Made by a program: the position numbers and the translations under genes. DNA of 64,000 nt from Flavobacteriaceae bacterium (GTDB lineage: Bacteria; Bacteroidota; Bacteroidia; Flavobacteriales; Flavobacteriaceae): contig CBFHWU010000002.1 in NCBI GenBank assembly GCA_965659665.1, positions 12,336 to 76,335 on the forward strand, read 5' to 3'. Shown here in pieces: positions 32,657 to 43,558 of this stretch. Position 1 is the stretch's first letter. Each line of letters starts with the position of its first letter. The notes under the pieces were generated by a model. It did not search any database. It worked only from the letters and a program-made list of their open reading frames with translations, and had not been told where the DNA came from.

Positions 32657-34027
32657 TTAAGTTTTGTCTAAATTAATAAGTTGATGGGTCTTGCTTTTTC
32701 GTAAATATTGCTGGATTATTTGACGTGATTCACGTGTGTTTTTTCCTATGGTAATCAAAGATTCTAAAACCTTTAAATTTTTAATTTGATAATTTAAATT
32801 AAAATATCCAAATCCTTGATATTCATTATTTTGAATAAGTACAATACTTTTTTCATCTTCTTTCCTTCCTTTATCAATAATTAGCATATTGCGAAAAGGA
32901 TAGCTCATACTTTTGATAAGTTGATTGACACGTTCATTATAGGTTTCAGATTTTTCTTTTGAAATACACGCTCCTAAGCATAGGTTAACTTTATAATGAT
33001 TACAAGGCCCTTCTTTTGAATTAAAATGAATAAGTTTCAAACATAAGGTATATTTCGCTGCGTAATAAAGCAGTAATTTTCGAGCATTATTAATGTTTTT
33101 AAATGTAGTCACATAATGAGCGCGACCATCAGCATGGGCTATTCTTAAAAAATGATAGCCATCACTATTCACCCCAGACTCCAATCCAAATTTAACAATC
33201 GAATTTTTGTAAACTCGATTAAGCTTAGGTTTATGAATTTTTATTTCTTCCTCTTCTTTCAATAGGGCTATCAATTCATTTCCAGTTTCCTCAAAACTAA
33301 CAGCATTGGTTTCGAGTTGGATTTTTAAAGACTTACGATTTTTTCCAGTAAAGTGTTGATTAAGTCTCTTTTTAATATTTTTACTTTTTCCAATGTAGAT
33401 GATATATCCTTTAACATCGTATAAGTAATATATTCCAGTGGCATTAGGACTTTGATCAATGAGTTTCAGTAAATGATGTGGAACATTTTGGTCATGCTTT
33501 GTTTTTATAAATGTGGATATAATTTCTTTTTTGAGGTCTTTACTCATCAAAAGTTTTAATAATTCCACTGTGGCACGAGCATCTCCTGCAGCTCGATGAC
33601 GATCACTCAAAGGAATTCCTAAGGATCGGACAAGTTTTCCGAGTTTATACGAGGGAAGATTAGGAATGAGTTTTTTGCTGAGTTGTACGGTACACAGAGT
33701 AGGTTGCTCAAATCGGAATCCTAGACGTCTAAATTCAGTTTTCAAAATTCGAGAATCAAAACTCGCATTATGAGCCACAAGGACACAATCACTTGTAATT
33801 TCTATTACCCTTTTGGCTATTTCGTAAAACTTCGGAGCATTACGCAACATTTGCGCATTGATCCCTGTTAGATTGACTACAAAAGGCTGAATGGGCCTTT
33901 CAGGATTAATTAAACTAATAAATTGGTCGGTTATTTCTTTTCCATCGTACCGATAAATAGCGATTTCAGTTATTCCCTCCTCGTCATATTTACCCCCTGT
34001 TGTTTCGATGTCTATTATTGCGTACAA
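32657..34027 (-). CDS. DnaQ-like 3'-5' exonuclease fused to a GIY-YIG nuclease domain
   Basis: 456-aa ORF with the Exo I motif AIIDIETTG, HNASFD, the H-x4-D region RHRAAGDA, then GIYYLYD...IYIGKS (GIY-YIG). Confidence 0.8.
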   Translation of the reverse strand: MYAIIDIETTGGKYDEEGITEIAIYRYDGKEITDQFISLINPERPIQPFVVNLTGINAQMLRNAPKFYEIAKRVIEITSDCVLVAHNASFDSRILKTEFRRLGFRFEQPTLCTVQLSKKLIPNLPSYKLGKLVRSLGIPLSDRHRAAGDARATVELLKLLMSKDLKKEIISTFIKTKHDQNVPHHLLKLIDQSPNATGIYYLYDVKGYIIYIGKSKNIKKRLNQHFTGKNRKSLKIQLETNAVSFEETGNELIALLKEEEEIKIHKPKLNRVYKNSIVKFGLESGVNSDGYHFLRIAHADGRAHYVTTFKNINNARKLLLYYAAKYTLCLKLIHFNSKEGPCNHYKVNLCLGACISKEKSETYNERVNQLIKSMSYPFRNMLIIDKGRKEDEKSIVLIQNNEYQGFGYFNLNYQIKNLKVLESLITIGKNTRESRQIIQQYLRKSKTHQLINLDKT

Positions 34028-34032
34028 GGACT

Positions 34033-34692
34033 TTAAGTATAATTTCGTTTTCCAAATATATTGCTTCCTACTCTAATCATATTACTTCCCATTTGAATTG
34101 CAAGAGGATAATCTGCACTCATCCCCATGGAAAGCCACTGAAAACGATGTTTTTTCTTAATGGAATGATAAAAATCAGATAATCCCTTAAATTCATTTTT
34201 GATTTGTTGTTTATCATCAGTAAAGCTTGCCATACCCATTAGCCCTTGTACACGAACAAAAGGAAGTTGATCGATTTCTTGTGCTAGTATTTGTTTTGCT
34301 TCTTCAAATGAAAGTCCGAATTTTGATGATTCAGAGGCGATATGAAGCTGAAGTAAACACGAAATCACTCGACGGTTTTGTGCTCCTTGTTTATTGATTT
34401 CTTTTAGTAAGCGTAAACTATCCACGCCGTGAATTAAGTGAATAAAAGGCGCAATATATTTTACTTTATTTCTTTGTAAATGGCCTATCATATGCCAACG
34501 AATATCCTTTGACATTTTTTCGGCTTTCATACATAATTCTTGAACTTTATTTTCTCCAAAATCTAATTGACCAGCAGAAAATGCACTTTCTAAAGAAGAA
34601 ATGGGCTTTGTTTTTGAAACAGCTACTAAACACACAGCATCAGAGACGGAGGATTTAATGGTCTTTAAATTTTCAATTATTGACATCTTCAA
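34033..34692 (-). CDS. yggS: YggS-family PLP homeostasis protein
   Basis: 219-aa ORF with VAVSKTKP (PLP lysine), an FGENKVQE-type motif and a single-domain alanine-racemase-fold length. Confidence 0.85.
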   Translation of the reverse strand: MKMSIIENLKTIKSSVSDAVCLVAVSKTKPISSLESAFSAGQLDFGENKVQELCMKAEKMSKDIRWHMIGHLQRNKVKYIAPFIHLIHGVDSLRLLKEINKQGAQNRRVISCLLQLHIASESSKFGLSFEEAKQILAQEIDQLPFVRVQGLMGMASFTDDKQQIKNEFKGLSDFYHSIKKKHRFQWLSMGMSADYPLAIQMGSNMIRVGSNIFGKRNYT

Positions 34693-35839
34693 AATTATAG
34701 ATTAACAAGCCATTAAGAGGTTTAGGTATAATACATGTACTTTTCGGCGGAAGAAGCAAATCTTGATCACAAACTTCTTTGATGGTAGCAAATTTTATTG
34801 GGTAGTGAATGATACCCAGTGCTACCTTTTTGCTCAATACAGCATTTTCGACTGCTTGTTTGGGATCATTATCATAACCATATTCAATTCGTGGATCGGT
34901 TCTAAGATCGGTAATATCTAAAAGTTGTTTGGCAATACTATCATAAATGGTTTGAGAAGAAATTACTTTTGCTTCTTTAGTTTTATGAATTAAACGATAC
35001 CACTTTTTGTTAATGAATAAATTAAATTGTTTGCTAGATGCTGGAAGAGAATAATTTTTCATTCCGTTAACCACAAATGATTCTGATAAACTTGCTAAAA
35101 AATAATCTACCCTTGTTCCGTTTAAGTCCTTAAATAGGCGATAAAAAGAATCGAAATACAACTGATCACTTGGAACGATAAAGCTCAAACAGTAACGATA
35201 ATTTTCGAGTGCTGTATCTAATCTAGTTAAGTTTGCTGAAGAGGCACATCGGTGATGTCCATCCATCAGATACAATATGTCATTCTTTTTTGATAAAGTT
35301 TGAATTTGATTTAACAAAGTAGGGTGATTAATACGCCAAAGCTTATGAACGGAATCTGCATGCGTAAAATGATAATGAGGTTTGCTGCGTTGTATTTCAT
35401 TAATTCGCTGGTCGAGCTCTTTATTATTATCATAAGCAAGTACAACAGGCTCCGTATTAATTTCAGCGGTTTTTAAAAAACTGCTGAAAGTTTTAACCAC
35501 TTGATCCAAAACCCCTTCATGAGGTTTTACTTTTTTGGTCACAATTTTTTTGGTATCCACAAGACCGACAATTCCATTGATCGTAGATTTTGGATGAATA
35601 ACCTTGTATATATAGATGCTTTTTTCGGAGTCTTGAACGAGAATCTTTTTATTTATGAATTTTTTTAACCTTTTTTTTATGGCTACTCCATCATTGGATT
35701 GAGGTTGAATAAGTCCTAAAAAATCTAATTTAAGTTTGCCTTTACGTCGTTGAGGGGTTTTATCGATTTGATCTTTTAAAAAAACGGAAGCATTTTGAGG
35801 ACAAGGACGTATAGCTTTGAAAGGAAAAATGTTAAACAT
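34673..35839 (-). CDS. DUF1015-family protein
   Basis: The family-typical N-terminus MFNIFPFKAIRP begins at 35839. The ORF is open to 35851. Confidence 0.65.
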   Translation of the reverse strand: MFNIFPFKAIRPCPQNASVFLKDQIDKTPQRRKGKLKLDFLGLIQPQSNDGVAIKKRLKKFINKKILVQDSEKSIYIYKVIHPKSTINGIVGLVDTKKIVTKKVKPHEGVLDQVVKTFSSFLKTAEINTEPVVLAYDNNKELDQRINEIQRSKPHYHFTHADSVHKLWRINHPTLLNQIQTLSKKNDILYLMDGHHRCASSANLTRLDTALENYRYCLSFIVPSDQLYFDSFYRLFKDLNGTRVDYFLASLSESFVVNGMKNYSLPASSKQFNLFINKKWYRLIHKTKEAKVISSQTIYDSIAKQLLDITDLRTDPRIEYGYDNDPKQAVENAVLSKKVALGIIHYPIKFATIKEVCDQDLLLPPKSTCIIPKPLNGLLIYNFEDVNN

Positions 35840-35841
35840 AA

Positions 35842-36810
35842 TTAGAAGCAAGAGATAATTTGATGAGCGACTTTAAGGGCTGAAGTAGCTTGAGTTAAAG
35901 TAACAATGGGTTTCTTATGGTGCTTTATTGCCTCAGCAAAGCTGTCTAACTCCATAAGTATAGCATTACTTTCTTGGATGTTAGGATGATCAAAATAAAT
36001 CTGTTTTTTTTGACCTTCAGCATTTTCTAAAATCATAGCAAATTCATCGTCTGTTTCGGGTGGGTCTTTCATTTTTACGATTTCTACTTTTTTATCTAAA
36101 TAATCAATAGAAACATAAGCATCTTTTTGAAAAAACCTAGATTTACGCATATTTTTCAATGAAATTCTACTAGCAGTGAGATTTGCCACACATCCATTTT
36201 CAAATTCTATTCGGGCATTTGCAATATCTGGACTGTCACTAATAACGGCAACTCCACTGGCAGAGATTTGCTTAACTTTTGATTGAACGACACTTAAAAC
36301 GGTGTCAATATCGTGAATCATAAGATCTAAAACTACGGGCACATCTGTACCTCTAGGGTTAAATTCTGCTAATCGATGTGTTTCAATAAACATGGGATGA
36401 TGAATACTTTTTTTGGCAGCTAAAAAAGCGGGATTAAAACGCTCGACATGACCTACTTGACCTTTGACATTATATTTTTCAGATAAGAATAAGAGCTCTT
36501 GAGCTTCTTCAACGGTTTGGGTGATTGGTTTTTCAATGAAAACATGTTTTCCAGCTATTATAGCAGCTTTCGCTGCTTGATAATGAAACGGGGTAGGGGT
36601 AACAATGTCCACTACCTCAACAGCAGCAATCAATTTATCTTGTGATGAATAATAGGAGTAACCAAAATCTTTTTCAATTGTATGTGCATAGCTCGTGTTC
36701 GCATCATAAAACCCGACCAATTCATACATGGACGATTGTTGTAATAATCGAAGGTGTATTTTTCCTAAATGACCAGCACCTAAAACGCCGATTTTTATTT
36801 TTTTTGTCAT
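35842..36810 (-). CDS. Gfo/Idh/MocA-family NAD(P)-dependent oxidoreductase
   Basis: 322-aa ORF with an N-terminal Rossmann motif (IGVLGAGHLGKIH) and EKP. Confidence 0.8.
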   Translation of the reverse strand: MTKKIKIGVLGAGHLGKIHLRLLQQSSMYELVGFYDANTSYAHTIEKDFGYSYYSSQDKLIAAVEVVDIVTPTPFHYQAAKAAIIAGKHVFIEKPITQTVEEAQELLFLSEKYNVKGQVGHVERFNPAFLAAKKSIHHPMFIETHRLAEFNPRGTDVPVVLDLMIHDIDTVLSVVQSKVKQISASGVAVISDSPDIANARIEFENGCVANLTASRISLKNMRKSRFFQKDAYVSIDYLDKKVEIVKMKDPPETDDEFAMILENAEGQKKQIYFDHPNIQESNAILMELDSFAEAIKHHKKPIVTLTQATSALKVAHQIISCF

Positions 36811-36886
36811 AAAACAAATTTAAAATATTCACGCCTCTAAATGTAAAAAATATTTAAAGTATATTCTATTTTTACCACACAGATTT

Positions 36887-37531
36887 ATGATTCAAGACAC
36901 GACCAAACATCAAGGGATGCGAAAGCGCTTAGTTGAGCTTCTCAAATCAAAAGGAATTAAAGATCAATTGGTTCTTGGAGCGATTGGGAAAATTCCTCGT
37001 CATATTTTTATGGACAGTGGTTTTGAGTCACATGCCTATCAAGATAAAGCATTTCCTATTGCATCGGGACAAACCATTTCTCAGCCCTATACCGTTGCCT
37101 TTCAAACGGAACTGCTTTCTCTACAACCTAATCAAAAAGTATTGGAAATTGGTACAGGTTCAGGGTATCAAACGGCTGTTTTGATACAAATGGGAATGAA
37201 GGTTTACTCTATTGAGCGTCAACACGAATTATTTCGTTTATCCTTAAAACGTTTACCTCAGCTGGGGTTATCTCCCAAAAAACTCATTTTTGGAGATGGT
37301 TATAAAGGGTATCCAGATCAAGCACCTTTCAATGCGATCATCGTTACGGCAGGTGCTCCTGAAGTACCAAAAACGCTTTTGGCTCAACTCGATTTAGGGG
37401 GTCGTCTCGTGGTTCCTGTTGGCTCTAAACACCAAAAAATGATGCGATATACCAGAACATCAAAACATTCATTTGATCAAGAGTCTTTTGGAGATTTCCG
37501 GTTTGTACCAATGCTTGGAGATAAAAACTAA
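36887..37531 (+). CDS. pcm: protein-L-isoaspartate O-methyltransferase
   Basis: 214-aa ORF with the SAM motif VLEIGTGSGYQTA and QTISQP. Confidence 0.9.
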   Translation: MIQDTTKHQGMRKRLVELLKSKGIKDQLVLGAIGKIPRHIFMDSGFESHAYQDKAFPIASGQTISQPYTVAFQTELLSLQPNQKVLEIGTGSGYQTAVLIQMGMKVYSIERQHELFRLSLKRLPQLGLSPKKLIFGDGYKGYPDQAPFNAIIVTAGAPEVPKTLLAQLDLGGRLVVPVGSKHQKMMRYTRTSKHSFDQESFGDFRFVPMLGDKN

Positions 37532-38097
37532 GTTAAGGTGGAAAATCGTTGTGAGTTAATTTCTTGTATTTCCTTTAAATACTCCTCGCGTTGTTCAAAA
37601 CTACTTTCAATTATAGAGCCGAAAAAGCTAATTTTAGTATCAATACCACTAACATTCATGATGCCATCAATTATAAGTTTTGAAATGGCATCATGCATTT
37701 TTGATTGATTGTATTTTATATTTGAGGTTCTTGACAATATATAAAGATGAGCTGTTTTATTTCCTAATAACCCTTTAAAACCATTTTCATCTTCAGAAAA
37801 AGCAAATCCTTCTGTAAATACACGATCAAAAAAACCTTTGAGCATGGCAGGCATGTGTGCCCACCACAATGGAAAAACAAAACTTAAATGAGTTGACCAA
37901 TAAATTAAGTCTTGGTATTTTAGAATTTGAAATGTTTTGGTAATATTAGAACTCAACACAGGATTAAATCCTTCAGCATACAAATCAATCACTTGAACAA
38001 GTTCTCCATTTTTTCGAGAATTAAGCTGTAACGTCTTGGTAATTGCAGTTGTAAAACTATTTTTTTGGTGATGAGTGTGAATGATCAAATGTTTCAT
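37528..38097 (-). CDS. NAD(P)H dehydrogenase (quinone)-like flavodoxin-fold protein
   Basis: 189-aa ORF with a Flavodoxin_2-like pattern (LIIHTHHQKNSF, FPLWW). Confidence 0.6.
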   Translation of the reverse strand: MKHLIIHTHHQKNSFTTAITKTLQLNSRKNGELVQVIDLYAEGFNPVLSSNITKTFQILKYQDLIYWSTHLSFVFPLWWAHMPAMLKGFFDRVFTEGFAFSEDENGFKGLLGNKTAHLYILSRTSNIKYNQSKMHDAISKLIIDGIMNVSGIDTKISFFGSIIESSFEQREEYLKEIQEINSQRFSTLT

Positions 38098-38394
38098 TAT
38101 GACTAATTATTAGAAAAAGATTGGAGTACTACATGTTCAGTTAAAAAGGAATACCCATAAGGGTTACTACCAAATAAAGAATTATTTTTATTCCATTGAT
38201 AATTAAAAAATTTTAGTGATTTGATCTGAATTTGTGCATCCTCAAATTTATCATGGTTAGATAAACGTATAACAAAAGGAAAAATTAAACACTTTGATAA
38301 AAAATCTTTTGTCAAGCGGCACAGATTGTTCATAATTAAGGTAATTTAAGATTTTTTGAAGGGCTAATCCTTGTATAAAATTATTAAAACCATC

Positions 38395-38856
38395 TCAATT
38401 GCGAAAACTTTTTTTCACTCTATCCAAGTTCCTTTTATTGTCACGATCTTTTATGGTTTCTCGCTTATCATGAAGTTTTTTCCCTTTGGCTAAGGCAATT
38501 CGAAGCTTGGCAAAACCTTTGTCACTGATAAATAAATTAAGGGGAACAATGGTTAACCCTACATTGTTGACTTCTTTATACAGTTTGCGAAGTTCACGTT
38601 TATTTAAAAGAAGTTTTCGTTCCCCTCGAGTACGGTGATTAACATATCCACCGTGACTGTATTCATCGACATACATATTAATCACAAATAACTCGCCTGC
38701 TGGATTAAACTCACAAAAACTTTCAGTTATTGAAGCTTTACTTGACCGAATAGATTTGATTTCGGTGCCTGTCAACACCAAACCAGCCGTATATTGATCT
38801 AAAAGATCATACTCAAAGCGTGCACGTTTGTTTTTAATGTTAACTTGTTTCTGCAT
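38395..38856 (-). CDS. smpB: SsrA-binding protein
   Basis: 153-aa ORF with the SmpB pattern NKRARFEY, TGTEIKS and a basic C-terminal tail. Confidence 0.92.
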   Translation of the reverse strand: MQKQVNIKNKRARFEYDLLDQYTAGLVLTGTEIKSIRSSKASITESFCEFNPAGELFVINMYVDEYSHGGYVNHRTRGERKLLLNKRELRKLYKEVNNVGLTIVPLNLFISDKGFAKLRIALAKGKKLHDKRETIKDRDNKRNLDRVKKSFRN

Positions 38857-38879
38857 GTCACAAAGGTAAGACTAATCCA

Positions 38880-41453
38880 TTAGCTATTTCTAAAGACCAT
38901 TTTTCCATCGAACTCGTCCAACAGAATGACTCCATTTTTTTGAATATTTCCGCTTAAAAGTTCTTTTGACAGTTGATTGAGAACCAGTCGTTGTAGTGTT
39001 CGTTTTACAGGGCGAGCACCAAACTGAGGATTAAATCCTTTTTGAGCAATATGGGAAATAGCTTCTTTCGTTGCATCCAAAACGAGTTGTTGGTCTGATA
39101 ATCGTTTTGAAAGTTGCTTCAGCTGAAGTCTAACGATTGACTCAATATCGGATCGAGTTAGTGGACTGAACAAGATGATATCATCGATACGATTGATAAA
39201 CTCAGGCCTTACCCTTTTTTTGAGTAATTCTAAAACATCCTTTTGGGCTTTCTCATGAGCTAATTCTATGGATGACGCTGAAGAAAATGCTTGTTCAATG
39301 TATTCACTTCCCAAATTACTGGTCATGATAATGATACTGTTTTTAAAATCTGCGACTCTTCCCTTGTTATCGGTTAGTCGTCCTTCATCCAATACTTGCA
39401 ATAAGATATTAAAAGCGTCGGGGTGTGCTTTTTCGATTTCATCTAACAAAATAACAGAGTAGGGGCGACGGCGAATAGCTTCGGTTAGCTGACCGCCTTC
39501 CTCATACCCTACATAACCTGGAGGGGCTCCTACCAATCGACTTACTGCATGGCGTTCTTGATATTCACTCATATCAATTCGGGTAAGGGCATTTTCATCA
39601 TCAAACAAATATTCGGCAAGCGTTTTAGCCAATTCCGTTTTTCCTACGCCTGTGGTTCCTAGGAACAAAAAACTTCCCACAGGCCGATTAGGATCTTGTA
39701 AACCTGCTCTGCTTCGACGAACGGCATCACTTACGGCTGATACAGCTTCATTTTGTCCTATGACTCTATGATGAAGTTTATTTTCAAGTTTTAATAGTTT
39801 CTCTCGTTCCGATTGCAACATTTTAGAGACAGGAATTCCAGTCCATTTAGCTACAACTTCTGCAATATCATCATAAAGCACTTCTTCTTTTACCATTTCC
39901 GATTGTTGTTCTGCTAATGCGTGTTGTTGTTCTTCCAAATGTTGTTGAACTTCTTTTAATTTTCCGTAACGTATTTCAGCAACTTTCCCATAATGTCCTT
40001 CTCGTTCAGCTCGTTCAGCTTCTAATTTTAAACTTTCGATATTACTTTTAGATTGTTGAATAGCCTCAATACGTTCTTTTTCAGTATTCCATTTTGAAAA
40101 CACTGTTGTTCGTTGTTCTTTGAGCTCGCCTAATTCACTATTTAGTTTTTTTAGCTTTTGTGCATCATTTTCTCTTTTGATCGCTTCAATTTCAATTTCA
40201 AGTTGCATTATTTTTCGATCTAATGTATCCAGCTCTTCAGGCTTCGAGTTTATTTCCATTCTTAATTTTGAGGAGGCTTCGTCCATTAGATCAATAGCTT
40301 TATCTGGTAAAAAACGATGTGTGATATAACGTTGGGATAATTTTACTGCTCCTATAACAGCTTCATCTTTAATACGAACTTTATGGTGACTTTCGTATTT
40401 TTCTTTAATTCCTCTCAAAATAGAAATCGCACTATCGGTATCGGGTTCATCCACAATAACTTTTTGAAAACGTCTTTCTAGGGCTTTATCTTTTTCAAAA
40501 TATTTTTGGTATTCGTCCGAAGTAGTAGCGCCCACTGCACGAAGTTCACCACGAGCTAGAGCAGGTTTTAAAATATTAGCAGCATCCATCGCCCCTTCGC
40601 CACCACCTGCACCAACTAAAGTGTGAATTTCGTCGATAAACAAAACAACATTTCCATCGCTTTCTGTTACCTCCTTGATCACCGATTTGAGGCGTTCTTC
40701 GAATTCCCCTTTGTATTTTGCTCCTGCAATAAGCGCCCCCATATCAAGAGCATAGATACGTTTATCTTTTAAATTTTCGGGGATATCCCCTGAAACGATA
40801 CGATAAGCCAAACCCTCAGCAATGGCTGTTTTTCCGGTTCCTGGTTCTCCGACGAGGATGGGATTGTTTTTTGTTCTCCGTGTCAGAATTTGAAGAATAC
40901 GACGAATTTCATCATCTCGTCCAATTACAGGATCTAATTTAGATTCTTCTGCTAACTGATTTAAATTTCTGGAATAACGGGCTAAGGCTTGATAGGTATC
41001 ATCTCCCGAAGCTGATAGTACTTGAGAGCCTTGACGAAGCTCCGCAATTGCTTTTTGAAGGTCTTTTCTTGTTACTCCTTGGTCTTTTAATATTTGAGAT
41101 GCTTTGCTTTTAGAATCAAAAAGAGATAACAATACATGCTCTACAGCGACGTAGGCATCCTTCATTTTTTGTGCGATGGTTGCCGCTTGGGATAATGTAT
41201 GGTTGGATTCGTTAGACAGTGTAAATGTTCCTCCAGAAACTTTAGCTTTTGATGATAAGGTTTTGTCGGCTATTTGTTGGAGTAAATTTATATTTACCCC
41301 TAATTTATTATACACAAACTGTAACGAGTCAACGGATAATAAAGTGTGTAATAGGTGATCATTATCAAGTTGAGCATGTTGTTTTGATTGCGCAAGGACT
41401 TGTGCTTGTTGCAGTAGTTCTTGTGTTTTGGTGGTGAATTGATTGGGATTCAT
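38880..41453 (-). CDS. clpB: ATP-dependent disaggregase ClpB
   Basis: 857-aa ORF with two AAA+ modules (GEPGTGKT and GTTGVGKT) separated by a long coiled-coil middle domain. Confidence 0.95.
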   Translation of the reverse strand: MNPNQFTTKTQELLQQAQVLAQSKQHAQLDNDHLLHTLLSVDSLQFVYNKLGVNINLLQQIADKTLSSKAKVSGGTFTLSNESNHTLSQAATIAQKMKDAYVAVEHVLLSLFDSKSKASQILKDQGVTRKDLQKAIAELRQGSQVLSASGDDTYQALARYSRNLNQLAEESKLDPVIGRDDEIRRILQILTRRTKNNPILVGEPGTGKTAIAEGLAYRIVSGDIPENLKDKRIYALDMGALIAGAKYKGEFEERLKSVIKEVTESDGNVVLFIDEIHTLVGAGGGEGAMDAANILKPALARGELRAVGATTSDEYQKYFEKDKALERRFQKVIVDEPDTDSAISILRGIKEKYESHHKVRIKDEAVIGAVKLSQRYITHRFLPDKAIDLMDEASSKLRMEINSKPEELDTLDRKIMQLEIEIEAIKRENDAQKLKKLNSELGELKEQRTTVFSKWNTEKERIEAIQQSKSNIESLKLEAERAEREGHYGKVAEIRYGKLKEVQQHLEEQQHALAEQQSEMVKEEVLYDDIAEVVAKWTGIPVSKMLQSEREKLLKLENKLHHRVIGQNEAVSAVSDAVRRSRAGLQDPNRPVGSFLFLGTTGVGKTELAKTLAEYLFDDENALTRIDMSEYQERHAVSRLVGAPPGYVGYEEGGQLTEAIRRRPYSVILLDEIEKAHPDAFNILLQVLDEGRLTDNKGRVADFKNSIIIMTSNLGSEYIEQAFSSASSIELAHEKAQKDVLELLKKRVRPEFINRIDDIILFSPLTRSDIESIVRLQLKQLSKRLSDQQLVLDATKEAISHIAQKGFNPQFGARPVKRTLQRLVLNQLSKELLSGNIQKNGVILLDEFDGKMVFRNS

Positions 41454-41981
41454 AGAATTTTTCTAAAATCTAATCAAAATAAATACCAAACACCAAAACA
41501 GTAAATATGTCTGATACTTGATAAATTTACTGTCGTTTTGACAGAAAGAATTTTTTTTAAATGTTTGTCTGTTGAAAAAAGCTTGTTCTAATTCCAAAGC
41601 TAAGGATTCAGTAGCCTCTTATATCATAGGGCTGTTTCCCCTTATATGATCAATTTTAGTTATATTTTACAACATTTGCGGTTAAGGGGTTGATTTTTTT
41701 ATGAAAACTTGAGGCAATAATTTGAATTGAAGTGAGATGCTAATTATTTTATTATTAACAGATCAAAATGAATTTGTCAAATTGAGAGGCACAATATGCC
41801 TTGATGAGATGTATTTAAAAAAACGTAATTGACTATAGATTTACTAGGATTGGTTCGATTTCTAAAAATATATATTAATCAAACTGTAAACCACAAAATT
41901 ATTTTAAAATAATAGGTGGAACACTAATATATTTAATGATCAAAAACACTTTTTTAGAAAACTACGGAAATAATCTTTTAC

Positions 41982-42554
41982 CTACATCGAGGGATTAAAC
42001 GTTATAGGGATCGTTACTCTTACTGATCCCCAACCCATAATCATTTTGGTCATATTTTCAGCAGTTTCATTGGTAAAAGCAATCGAAAAAGCTTCAAGAT
42101 GTTCTTCTTTATTATGAGATGTTTTTGCGATAATTCGGGAAACATCTGCGTTGTCATCATACGTGTAATGCCCCCATTGATTTAAGTTCTTGTTCAAAAT
42201 CACAGTCCATTCGTTTTTGCCTGGAATGGTAAGTAATGAGTAGGTTCCTGCTTTAACTTTTTTACCTCCAAAATTTGCATCTTTGTAAAATATGATTTCT
42301 GGAGTTTCATTGGCGCCTGTTCGCCAAACTTTTGAAGGTTTTGCCAAGCTGTACACTTTTCTTTTTAGATCTCCTTTAGTAAGTTGAGGTCTGCTGTAAG
42401 TAATGCGAATATTTTTGTCGGCATTTTTGTAACTTGAGGGGAACGCAGCAATGTCCAAAGGGCTTTTGTCTAAACTTGGAAATTTTTGTGCTGTTGAATT
42501 AGAAACAACAAATAAGGAGGTTAATAAAATGGAAAGAAATATATTTTTTTTCAT
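41982..42554 (-). CDS. secreted DUF2911-family protein
   Basis: A signal peptide begins at ATG 42554 (MKKNIFLSILLTSLFVVSNSTAQ), with WRTGANE typical of DUF2911. Confidence 0.65.
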   Translation of the reverse strand: MKKNIFLSILLTSLFVVSNSTAQKFPSLDKSPLDIAAFPSSYKNADKNIRITYSRPQLTKGDLKRKVYSLAKPSKVWRTGANETPEIIFYKDANFGGKKVKAGTYSLLTIPGKNEWTVILNKNLNQWGHYTYDDNADVSRIIAKTSHNKEEHLEAFSIAFTNETAENMTKMIMGWGSVRVTIPITFNPSM

Positions 42555-42773
42555 GATGTAAAATTTAGTATGGTCCAAAAGTATTGTTTTACTTACAAAT
42601 AAATGGTAAAAAAAAGTTAATTTTAGATCGTTGATTTTCTATCATAATTATTTACTTTTTTATTTTTTAATAAATATCATTGAATACACCTTTATGCTTG
42701 GTTTTATTATTAACTCTGGCATTGATTGATCATTCCAACACGATCATCCATACGCTTTATTTGTCCGAAAGTT

Positions 42774-43547
42774 TTATTTGTAAGGAATGGTATTTAGAAT
42801 ATGATTAATGGCCTTTAGTCGAGCTTTGGATTTTTGATTGGCATCAATGATAACCCAAGGAGCCAGAGTAGTGTTGGTATTTTTAAACATGAAATTTTTA
42901 TAGCGGCTATACTCATTCCATAGCGCTTGTGCTTTTTCGTCAACAGGGGTCATTTTCCAACGTTTAAGGGGATTTTTTTTTATTTCTTCAAATCTTGTGG
43001 CTTGTTCTTCTTTAGAAATAGAAAAGTAGAATTTGATCAAGAAAGTGTTGGATTGAATGATCATTTTTTCAAAATCATTTACTTGAGACATAAATATTTG
43101 ATATTCTTTTTCAGAGCAAAAATTATTGACTGGCTCAACAACTGCTCGATTGTACCAACTTCTATCAAAAAATACGATTTCACTTGGTTTTGGTAATTGG
43201 TTGATATAACGCTGAAAAAACCATTGTTTTTTTTCATCTTCTGAGGGAATGTTAAGGGCGACTGTTCGAAAATGTCTTGGATTGATATATTCAGTTATTC
43301 TTCTAATTGCCCCTCCTTTTCCTGCGGCGTCTCTACCTTCGAAAAGAACCACTACTTTTTCATCATTTTTGATGACCCAATTTTGCAATTTAATGAGCTC
43401 TTCTTGGTGTCTTCTGAGTTGAGAAATATAATGGGTTTCTTGTAACGATTTTGTCAGATTTATTTTCTTATTTTTCAACAGAGAATATAATCCTTCACTG
43501 GAGTTTAACAGTCTTAAATCACTATCAGTTAACTTTTTTGGATTCAT
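42774..43547 (-). CDS. ppk2: polyphosphate kinase 2 (single-domain)
   Basis: 257-aa ORF with the Walker A-like FEGRDAAGKGG, FDRSWYNR and the lid motif. Confidence 0.88.
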   Translation of the reverse strand: MNPKKLTDSDLRLLNSSEGLYSLLKNKKINLTKSLQETHYISQLRRHQEELIKLQNWVIKNDEKVVVLFEGRDAAGKGGAIRRITEYINPRHFRTVALNIPSEDEKKQWFFQRYINQLPKPSEIVFFDRSWYNRAVVEPVNNFCSEKEYQIFMSQVNDFEKMIIQSNTFLIKFYFSISKEEQATRFEEIKKNPLKRWKMTPVDEKAQALWNEYSRYKNFMFKNTNTTLAPWVIIDANQKSKARLKAINHILNTIPYK

Positions 43548-43558
43548 TTTTTTAAAAA

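Noticed and set aside
38103-38333. 76-aa ORF in the gap between the NQO-like gene and smpB.
   Set aside because: It has no recognisable motif and no signal or TM features, and the sequence is AT-rich. It may simply be intergenic DNA. I did not list it as a feature, though a small real gene cannot be excluded.
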